Of a DNA stretch of 64,000 nt, positions 39,964 through 47,435 are shown piece by piece. The notes beneath the pieces are model-generated. The model made no database searches, was not told where the DNA came from, and was given only the letters and a program-made list of their open reading frames with translations. A program made the translations under genes and the position numbers. The stretch is from assembly GCA_017458065.1 (NCBI GenBank), contig JAFTGD010000065.1, positions 17,957 to 81,956 on the forward strand, written 5' to 3'. Numbering within the stretch: the stretch's first letter is position 1; the number at the start of each line of letters is the position of its first letter. The stretch is from Oscillospiraceae bacterium (GTDB lineage Bacteria > Bacillota > Clostridia > Oscillospirales > Oscillospiraceae).

Positions 39964-41103
39964 ATGACTGAAAGACGAATGAAAGACCGGAGCGAGGCTC
40001 GAAACGTGCGGGAATTCTTTCAAAAACTGAAGACATACGCGCCCCTGTCGCTGAAGGGCTGGCTGGTGTATCTGATCTCGATGCTGCTCGCCTCGCTGCT
40101 CTGTATCATGCTGCAGCAGGTCAGCACCTCCGACGTCCATGTGCCGATCATCTTTGTGCTGGTGGTGCTGGTGGTCTCGCTTCTGACCGAGGGCTACTTC
40201 TACGGGATCCTGGCCGCGCTCACCAGCGTCATCGCGGTGAATTACGCTTTCACCTCGCCCTATATGCAGATCGATTTTTCGCCTTATGGCTATCCGCTCA
40301 CCTTCATGACGCTGCTCGCGGTCGGCGTTGCCGTCTCGACGCTCATGACGCGCGACCAGCAGCGGGAAAAGCTACGCCTCGAGACCGAGCGCGAAAAGCT
40401 GCGCGCCAACCTGCTGCGCGGCATGTCCCACGATCTGCGCACGCCGCTGACAGGGATCAGCGGGTCGATCTCGGCCGTGCTGGACAACGCAGAATATCTG
40501 AGCCCGGATCAGCAGCGGGAACTGCTGGAGGGCGCCAAGGAGCACGCGGACTGGCTCTGCCGTATGGTGGAGAATCTGCTCTCCGTCACGCGCATCGGCG
40601 AAGACCAGCCCGGTTCGCTCCACACCCAGGAGGAAGCCCTGGAAGAGGTGATCGGCGCAGCGGTGCTCTCCTTTCGGAAACGGAACCCGGATATTGCGGT
40701 GGAGGTCTCGGTGCCGGACACGGTGCTGATGGTTCCGATGGACCCGGTCCTGATCCAGCAGGTCCTCCAGAATCTGCTGGACAACGCCGTCATCCACGGG
40801 AAAACGACCGGACGCATCCGCGTCGAGGCGACAGCCGAGGGCAATACCGCCCGCGTCTCCGTCAAGGACGACGGCGTCGGGATCTCTCCAGACCGGCTGG
40901 AGCACCTGTTCGACGGGACGCTCCCCTTCTCCGGCACACAGCAGAGCTTCGACCAGACGCGCAGCCTCGGCATCGGTCTGAGCGTCTGCCGCACCGTCAT
41001 CCAGGCCCACGGCGGTAGCATCTCCGCCGGGAACCGCCCCGAAGGGGGTGCGTGCTTCTCTTTCACATTACCACTGGGAGGTAAGCAAGTTGAAAATCCG
41101 TGA
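39964..41103 (+). CDS. sensor histidine kinase, KdpD C-terminal type (membrane DUF4118-like + HisKA + HATPase)
   Basis: H-box GMSHDLRTPLTGISG, N box LLDNAVIHG and G boxes DDGVGI/GIGLSV, with 3-4 TM helices ahead. It has no KdpD N-terminal/Usp sensor region. The track start 39877 lies inside the hairpin, so ATG 39964 or 39979 is preferred. Confidence 0.8.
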   Translation: MTERRMKDRSEARNVREFFQKLKTYAPLSLKGWLVYLISMLLASLLCIMLQQVSTSDVHVPIIFVLVVLVVSLLTEGYFYGILAALTSVIAVNYAFTSPYMQIDFSPYGYPLTFMTLLAVGVAVSTLMTRDQQREKLRLETEREKLRANLLRGMSHDLRTPLTGISGSISAVLDNAEYLSPDQQRELLEGAKEHADWLCRMVENLLSVTRIGEDQPGSLHTQEEALEEVIGAAVLSFRKRNPDIAVEVSVPDTVLMVPMDPVLIQQVLQNLLDNAVIHGKTTGRIRVEATAEGNTARVSVKDDGVGISPDRLEHLFDGTLPFSGTQQSFDQTRSLGIGLSVCRTVIQAHGGSISAGNRPEGGACFSFTLPLGGKQVENP

Positions 41104-41791
41104 CCGCATTATGATCGTCGAGGACGAAAAGAGCATCGCAGGCTTTATCAAGGCCATCCTCAGTTCCAACGGCTACGACGCTATGGTCGCCCAGACTGGG
41201 AGCGAGGCGCTGTCGATGATCAGCTCGCACTGCCCGGATCTCGTGATTCTCGATCTCGGTCTCCCGGACATGGACGGGATCCAGATCATCTCCAAGGTAC
41301 GCAGCTGGACCCAGCTGCCGATCATCGTGGTCTCGGCCCGCGGCAACGAGCAGGACAAGGTCTCGGCGCTGGAGCTGGGCGCCGACGATTATATCACCAA
41401 GCCCTTCGGCGCGGCGGAGCTGCTGGCCCGTATCCGCGTGGCCATCCGCCACACGCGAAACAGCGCGGGCTCCCTCGCCGACAGCAGCAGGTTCACCTCG
41501 GGAGAGCTGACGGTCGATTACGACAAGCACCAGGTGCTGATCTCCGGGGAGAACGCAAAGCTCACGCAGAACGAATTCCGCATCGTGGCGCTCCTCTCGC
41601 GCTATGCAGGGAAGGTCCTCACCTATGACTACATCATGAAGGAACTGTGGGGTCCCCAGACCGGCGGCGGGAACCAGATCCTCCGTGTCAACATGGCCAA
41701 CATCCGCCGCAAGATTGAGCTGAACCCGGCCGAACCGCAATATATCTTTACCGAAGTCGGCGTCGGATACCGCATGGTCGAAGGCGACTGA
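41090..41791 (+). CDS. OmpR-family response regulator (KdpE-like)
   Basis: Receiver domain (IMIVEDE, LVILDLGLPDMDG, SARG) plus a winged-helix output domain (LTQNEFRIVALL, YIFTEVGVGYRM). TTG 41090 follows GGGAGG, and ATG 41111 is an alternative. Confidence 0.85.
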   Translation: MKIRDRIMIVEDEKSIAGFIKAILSSNGYDAMVAQTGSEALSMISSHCPDLVILDLGLPDMDGIQIISKVRSWTQLPIIVVSARGNEQDKVSALELGADDYITKPFGAAELLARIRVAIRHTRNSAGSLADSSRFTSGELTVDYDKHQVLISGENAKLTQNEFRIVALLSRYAGKVLTYDYIMKELWGPQTGGGNQILRVNMANIRRKIELNPAEPQYIFTEVGVGYRMVEGD

Positions 41792-41808
41792 TCAATCAAA
41801 CAGCATTA

Positions 41809-41843
41809 CCCCGGTCGATCCACTGTGAGTGAATCGACCGGGG
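41809..41843. terminator. bidirectional intrinsic terminator between the response regulator and cotH genes
   Basis: An 11-bp stem pairs CCCCGGTCGAT with ATCGACCGGGG around a 13-nt loop, followed by TATTTTC. It lies between convergent genes. Confidence 0.65.
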
Positions 41844-41862
41844 TATTTTCACAGATATAGTT

Positions 41863-44367
41863 TCAGCGCCTTTTCTTCACAAAGTCCGGAAGATATTCCG
41901 TCGCCTCTGATGTTTTCAAAGCTCCATTGGCGACGAGCAGCCGTACGATATTATTTGCCTGTCCATCCTTTTTGGTAATGAAGCCGCGGATATCCCCGAC
42001 CAGGTGTTCCCAGTCGGCCGGCTTCCCGCCCCAGCGCGTCTTTTCCCTTGCGATCTCAGGCCGGATCCCGTCGGCGAAGCGGTCGATCCGCTCCAGCATG
42101 GCCTCGTCAGAAAGCGGGCCGTGCAGGGCGTCATTCAGCTGCAGGCAGAACGCTTTCCGGAAGTCCGCGTTTTTCCACAGCGCCCCGGCGAGCCGGTTGT
42201 AGGCGTAGTATCCTCTGGTCGTCAGAGAAGGGAGATTACCCTCGGTGAAGAGCCCAAGATCCAGATCGGAGAGGCCGTAGCGCAGCTGCTGGTCTTCTTC
42301 CGACCAGTAGAAGCGCATGTTGGGAGAGTTAAAATCGATATTGCCGCTGTAGTCCTGGAGGATCAGCCATGCGACGACGCTGTCGATGTTGACGTGCCCG
42401 GCGACGAACTCATAGTTCTCCTGTTTGGACAGATCATGTGTGATGGCAAAGCGGTAGATCTCTTCCGCCATGCTGTCAGCAGGCCATTTCCCCTGCCACT
42501 GCTTCACCGTCTCAGGCAGGGTACCGTAATGGTTGGCGTAATGCTCTGCAGAGTGGGCCTCCCGCAGATTGTAGAGCCCCCAGTACCGGCCATTGATGTA
42601 GAGCACCACATAGCGGTGGTCCTGGGCGGGCAGCGCCGGGAAGCATTCTTTTGCGACCTCATGCATGAGGGCATCCCGCATATAGCTGGAGCTGTCCCCC
42701 TCCTGGGCGGTACGCAGCAGTACAGAATCGAACTCTGTCACGCCGTTTCCAAAAAGATCGCTGTGAAGCGCTCCGCCATAGCGATCCCGAAAGCTCAGCT
42801 TCAGCGACTTCTTCTCCTGGACAAATTTGGATGTCGCCCCGTGGAGCTTGACCCCGCAGTCGGTCCTCAGGCTTCCGTCTTCTCCGTAGAGCATGACAGC
42901 TGCGGGGATCTCGATCTCTTCATGCGGGGTGTAATACACGCCTCTCTCGCCGAACATTTTTTCGCCATCGCAGACGAGGCTCACAACCGGAAGTGCATGT
43001 TCTTCGTTCAGGATATAACTGAGGCTGAGAACCTCGCTGCGGGTATGATTCTCCCGGAAGCTGGCCGCCCGGATGACGCCGGTCGAAGTTATGGTGAGAG
43101 GGCCGGTATACTCGGCGGAATACGCATCCGGTTCGCTCCCGTCCGTGGTGTAGCGGATGATGCCGGGACCGCGCAGCTCCACTGTCACCGACTCCACGCC
43201 GTTATACACGCCGTCTTCTCCGATCAGTTCCGGCATCTCGTCGCTAAAGCGCACTCCGCCTCTGTTGACAGCACCGGGCGTCGGGTTTTCCAGATAGAAC
43301 CAGCCTTCGTCCCCCACACGGCCGTAGCTGTAGCCCAGAGGGATGTCTTTTAAGCAGACGTAATCACAGAGGCTTCCGTCCGCCCTGCTCAGATACAGCT
43401 CCTCTTTCTGTGCGTTCAATGCGATGTGCAGGCACTGCTCATTCCCGATGTCGGCAGAGCAGTACAGCAGCGCCAGACTGCCGGGAGCCAGCCCGGCACC
43501 GGGCAGGCGTGCTTTGTATCTGTCACTCTCTTGATCAGACAGAAAATACTGTCCGAGATCCAGCACCTGATCCGTTGGATTATAGAGCTCGATCAGATCG
43601 TAGTACTCCCCGCCGAGAGGTGCAAACCTGTCATTAAAAACGATCGCCTCGTTGATCACAAGATCATGACGGGCCATCGTCTGCTCTCTCTGGAAAGCCT
43701 CAAACCCGGCTTCTGAGTTCTCATACCCTGGCGTTGACCATCTGCTGATATGCAGTTTCCCCGTTTCCGGGTCGCGCGCCGCGCTGGTGTCTTCTTCCAG
43801 TTCCACAGCGGGGAATGTGTCAGCCAGGCCGCCTGTTGGCGTGAACAGTCTCAGCCTCTCTCCGGATGCCGAAATAGCGAAATTGCTGTGCATTTCCTCT
43901 CCGTCGATTCGGTCTTCCCTGTCGCAGAAGACAATCCGGAAAGCGCCCGGCTCCAGGACGCAGTCCGGGAATATCCATCTGTCCTTCCCGCAGCGCAGCT
44001 GATAACCGCCGAGCTCGACCCGTTCATTGCCGTCATTGCACAGCTCAATCCAGTCGCCGAAGTTTCCCGCTCGGTCAGCAAGGATGCTCTCGTTGGAAGA
44101 CATGATCTCGCTGATGCAGACATGGCCCTGCTGCTCCGTCTCCTGACTCCCCGTCTCCACGCCGGCGAACCCCTCTTCCACATTCGCCCGCCGAAGAAGG
44201 GCGCAGCCAGCGAGGCCAGCAATCAAAGCCAGGAGCATCAACAGAAGCGTAACAACATTTCTGCCGACGCGCCATATGTGATGCAATTGCGCAAACAGCA
44301 CCAGACCCGGATGTTTCGGGCCTGGTGCTGTTCGATCTCTGTTGTTGGAGGGATAAAAAACGATCAC
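41863..44367 (-). CDS. CotH-kinase-family protein with two lamin-tail (LTD) domains, probable lipoprotein
   Basis: 834 aa. Lipobox LIAGLAGC follows a hydrophobic stretch. Two LTD-like units are present (ISEIMSSN..DWIELCN and VINEAIVFN..DLIELYN). The C-terminal CotH domain reads KLHGATSKF..KKSLKLSF, LLRTAQEGDSSYMRD. GTG start in a GTGA overlap with the DHHW gene. Confidence 0.8.
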   Translation of the reverse strand: MIVFYPSNNRDRTAPGPKHPGLVLFAQLHHIWRVGRNVVTLLLMLLALIAGLAGCALLRRANVEEGFAGVETGSQETEQQGHVCISEIMSSNESILADRAGNFGDWIELCNDGNERVELGGYQLRCGKDRWIFPDCVLEPGAFRIVFCDREDRIDGEEMHSNFAISASGERLRLFTPTGGLADTFPAVELEEDTSAARDPETGKLHISRWSTPGYENSEAGFEAFQREQTMARHDLVINEAIVFNDRFAPLGGEYYDLIELYNPTDQVLDLGQYFLSDQESDRYKARLPGAGLAPGSLALLYCSADIGNEQCLHIALNAQKEELYLSRADGSLCDYVCLKDIPLGYSYGRVGDEGWFYLENPTPGAVNRGGVRFSDEMPELIGEDGVYNGVESVTVELRGPGIIRYTTDGSEPDAYSAEYTGPLTITSTGVIRAASFRENHTRSEVLSLSYILNEEHALPVVSLVCDGEKMFGERGVYYTPHEEIEIPAAVMLYGEDGSLRTDCGVKLHGATSKFVQEKKSLKLSFRDRYGGALHSDLFGNGVTEFDSVLLRTAQEGDSSSYMRDALMHEVAKECFPALPAQDHRYVVLYINGRYWGLYNLREAHSAEHYANHYGTLPETVKQWQGKWPADSMAEEIYRFAITHDLSKQENYEFVAGHVNIDSVVAWLILQDYSGNIDFNSPNMRFYWSEEDQQLRYGLSDLDLGLFTEGNLPSLTTRGYYAYNRLAGALWKNADFRKAFCLQLNDALHGPLSDEAMLERIDRFADGIRPEIAREKTRWGGKPADWEHLVGDIRGFITKKDGQANNIVRLLVANGALKTSEATEYLPDFVKKRR

Positions 44368-45764
44368 TTCATCAAGTTGTCCAGAAGGGACTGGGCCTGA
44401 CGTGTCTGGCTGACACCGATGCTCTGCGCCAGGATCACATCCTGCACGCCGTACTGTTCCGCCACAATGCTCACCGGGGTAAAATTCTTACGGTAATCCA
44501 GAATATAAACCTTGTGATAGTGCTGCGTAAGATATACCGTAAACGGATTGCCGTAGGAATCCTTGATCACCATGCAGTCCGGCGCGTCAGGCAGATTGTC
44601 ATTGGTGAGAATCGTAATAGGGTTATCGCCGGCAATGAAGCAGTTATACTTCATATTCGGCGCTGCCTCGCTCTCGTCCACGATCACCGTTGTGTAGTGC
44701 GGATACCCGGCAATCTCCATGTGGATGTTCTCATTGCCGGGGGGCACCAGGGCGATGACCTCATCGGCTTTGAGGTTGCGGGAGTTCACGGAGTGGGTGT
44801 AGGTCCCTTCAAATTCACCCATGTTCCATTCGGTGAATTCATCCAGAGGAACCGGCTCAAAACCCGCCTCTTCGCAGAACGCCTGATATGCGTAATATGC
44901 CCCGAGCGCTGTCCAGTGGTGGTCGGTGTTGAAGTAGATATACTCCGTATTGTGCTTAAGCATGTTGTTGAAGGCGTTGACTTTATGGACGTTGTCGTTC
45001 TCCTGGGCGAACATATAGCGGAGCGTCTTCCCCTGGTCCGCGCTGCCGAGCTCACTGAGCAGCTCGGAAGAGATCAGGACGCTGATGCTGGTCGGCGCAG
45101 GGAGATTGAAAAAGCGGATTCCCTTGGCCGCCAGAGCGTCTCCTGCCTTATTCATGAGCGCGGCATGGTGGTCGGAAGCAGACTGGTCAAACCCGAGCCT
45201 TGACAGAATCGTTCCATCGATGACAACAAGATCCCCGTAGATACCCGCTTCATCTTCTCCGGCCAGGCCTCCCCAATCCTCAATGACAGCATCGGGATCT
45301 GCCGGCTTCGCCGCTTCCGCCACGATTGCAGCAGCTTCGGCTGCTTCTGCAGCCGCCCGTTCTTCTGCTTCCCTTCTGGCGGCAGCCTCCGCCTCCGCCT
45401 GTTCCAGCAGGGCGTCAAGCTCGTCATTGTCATTCGCCGCGTTGGTCTGGTTCAGCGCGATCTCGTTCTTGCCCAGACCATGCAGTGCGTCCATGCGTTC
45501 GGAAATCTCCAGCATCGTTTCCCGACCAGGGAAGGTGTCAGAAAACCACATGCCGATATCGTCAAAGTAATCGCCGCTCAGAAGGGCGTCGACGGAAAAC
45601 GTCGGAAACTCCCTTAAGGTCCGCTTCTCCCGCACGGAAGCAGCCGGCCGCAGCGGAATCAGGAATGCGATCAAGGTCATGACTGCCAAAACGACGAGGA
45701 ACGGTCCTGCCATCTCGAGCTCATATCTCTTTTTCCCGATTTTCTTTTCTTCTTGTTGACTCAT
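44364..45764 (-). CDS. DHHW-family protein (AlgJ/AlgX-like O-acyltransferase partner)
   Basis: 466 aa with an N-terminal TM anchor, an Ala/Glu-rich linker and the literal DHHW motif (YFNTDHHWTALGAYYAY). GAGGAAGAGG RBS. Confidence 0.85.
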   Translation of the reverse strand: MSQQEEKKIGKKRYELEMAGPFLVVLAVMTLIAFLIPLRPAASVREKRTLREFPTFSVDALLSGDYFDDIGMWFSDTFPGRETMLEISERMDALHGLGKNEIALNQTNAANDNDELDALLEQAEAEAAARREAEERAAAEAAEAAAIVAEAAKPADPDAVIEDWGGLAGEDEAGIYGDLVVIDGTILSRLGFDQSASDHHAALMNKAGDALAAKGIRFFNLPAPTSISVLISSELLSELGSADQGKTLRYMFAQENDNVHKVNAFNNMLKHNTEYIYFNTDHHWTALGAYYAYQAFCEEAGFEPVPLDEFTEWNMGEFEGTYTHSVNSRNLKADEVIALVPPGNENIHMEIAGYPHYTTVIVDESEAAPNMKYNCFIAGDNPITILTNDNLPDAPDCMVIKDSYGNPFTVYLTQHYHKVYILDYRKNFTPVSIVAEQYGVQDVILAQSIGVSQTRQAQSLLDNLMK

Positions 45765-45777
45765 ATTCGCCTCTTCC

Positions 45778-47214
45778 TCAGAATTGGAAGTACAGGAACG
45801 GATTATAGCTCTCGCCTACCAGGGCGCAGGTGGAGAGCAGCAGGAGCAGGATCGGGACCAGCATCTTCCTGCACCCGTTCCAAATGCCGTTTCGCGCGAG
45901 CACATTGGACAGTATTCTCGGCAGCGGAGTACAGGCAACTGCCGAAACCAGCAGCAGAAACAGATTGTTCTGCAGAATTGTCCCCGTGACAAAGTCTGAC
46001 AGCGCATTTCCGTTCAGGCCGAACAGCCCGAGCGCCACCGTCCATCCCAGCCGGATGTCTGTAAAGCGGAACAGCACCCAACCCAGGAAAACCACAAGCA
46101 GCAGATAGAGATGCGGCAGCACGCGGAGATGCTTCAGCACGCGACGCAGGAAGAGCCGCTCAATCATCAGAAAGACAAACCAGTACAGGCCCCAGAGGAC
46201 AAAATTCCAGCTGGCACCATGCCAGAGCCCGGTCAGCGCCCAGACGACAAAGGTGTTAAACACGGTGCGAAGGGCAGATTTCCGGTTCCCGCCAAGAGGG
46301 ATATACACATAGTCCCGGAAGAAGCGGCTCAGAGACATGTGCCATCTGCGCCAGAACTCGGTCACGGAATTTGCCGCATAGGGATAACGGAAATTCTCAG
46401 GATAGTGGAGGCCCAGCATCTTGCCCATGCCGATGGCCATGTCGGAGTAAGCGCTGAAGTCCAGATAAATCTGCATCATGAAAGCCGCCATGCCCATCCA
46501 GGCGCCGAGCACCGTCACGCCCTGCAGATGTGCAAGATTATCCACAAACAGCGCCGGATCCGAAATGGTGCTGTCGCTCAGGAGAAGGGCGTCCGTCAGC
46601 GCGCCGCAGGGGTTTGCAAGTAAAGCTTTTTTTGCAAGCCCGCAGGTGAAGCGGCGGATGCCGTCGGTCATCTCCTCCGCACCGGAACGCCGGACGAAAA
46701 GCTCTTCCGCGATGCTGTTATAACGGACGATCGGTCCGGCGATGCACTGGTGGAACAGCGCAGCATAGAGCAGCACATGCCAGTAGGCATGCTCCGCCTT
46801 GGCATCTCCCCTGTAGACGTCGATCACATAGGTCAGGAGCTGGAAGGTGTAGAAGGAAATGCCGATCGGAAGCGTGATGCGCTGTACCAGTTCCGGGACC
46901 TCGCCGAAAATGGAGCAGACGAGCCCGGCGTACTTGAAGACGCCGATCAGCATCAGGTCGATCAGGGTCGCGAGCGCAACCCAGGCCTTCCGCTCTCCCT
47001 GCCCTTCGGCCGCATCGATCCGGAGCGCGCAGAACCAGTCCACCGCCGCCATCAGCATCAGAAGCAGCACATACTTGGGTTCGCCCCAGGCATAGAAGAT
47101 CAGCGAGAAAATGAGCAGCGAGATATTCTTCGCCCGCAGGCTCCCGCACAGGGCACATGCCGCCAGCGACAGCGGAAGGAACGCATATAGAAAGATCAGA
47201 CTTGAAAAAACCAT
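45778..47214 (-). CDS. MBOAT-family membrane O-acyltransferase (AlgI/DltB/PatA-like)
   Basis: 478 aa and multi-TM, with FWRRWHMSLSRFFRDYVYIPLGGNR containing the conserved MBOAT His. Confidence 0.92.
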   Translation of the reverse strand: MVFSSLIFLYAFLPLSLAACALCGSLRAKNISLLIFSLIFYAWGEPKYVLLLMLMAAVDWFCALRIDAAEGQGERKAWVALATLIDLMLIGVFKYAGLVCSIFGEVPELVQRITLPIGISFYTFQLLTYVIDVYRGDAKAEHAYWHVLLYAALFHQCIAGPIVRYNSIAEELFVRRSGAEEMTDGIRRFTCGLAKKALLANPCGALTDALLLSDSTISDPALFVDNLAHLQGVTVLGAWMGMAAFMMQIYLDFSAYSDMAIGMGKMLGLHYPENFRYPYAANSVTEFWRRWHMSLSRFFRDYVYIPLGGNRKSALRTVFNTFVVWALTGLWHGASWNFVLWGLYWFVFLMIERLFLRRVLKHLRVLPHLYLLLVVFLGWVLFRFTDIRLGWTVALGLFGLNGNALSDFVTGTILQNNLFLLLVSAVACTPLPRILSNVLARNGIWNGCRKMLVPILLLLLSTCALVGESYNPFLYFQF

Positions 47215-47290
47215 CTCGTTCTGTCAGAACCCTTTCTCAGGTTTTGGCTTACGGGGAGAGCATCGCTCGCCCCTCGTTTTGTCTGCCGGA

Positions 47291-47319
47291 ATTATACGTC
47301 AAGATCGTATAAAAAGCAA
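47291..47319 (-). promoter_or_regulatory. candidate promoter of the MBOAT-DHHW-cotH operon
   Basis: The minus strand reads TTGCTT (47319-47314), a 17-nt spacer, then TATAAT (47296-47291). A leader of about 70 nt follows and contains a GGGGCGAGC/GCTCTCCCC hairpin. Confidence 0.5.
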
Positions 47320-47330
47320 CAACAGCATGC

Positions 47331-47356
47331 AAAATCCCGCCGGGTTTGGCGGGATT
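47331..47356 (-). terminator. intrinsic terminator after carB-dapF-like
   Basis: The minus strand reads AATCCCGCC-AAACC-CGGCGGGATTTTGCAT, a 9-bp GC stem plus a U-run, about 80 nt after the stop at 47436. Confidence 0.7.
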
Positions 47357-47435
47357 CTTTGCGTTTTTCTTATCGTTAATTTTTCGGGACAGGCGCCCGG
47401 TTATTCGTTCTCCCGAAGGACTGAAACGCGGCGCT

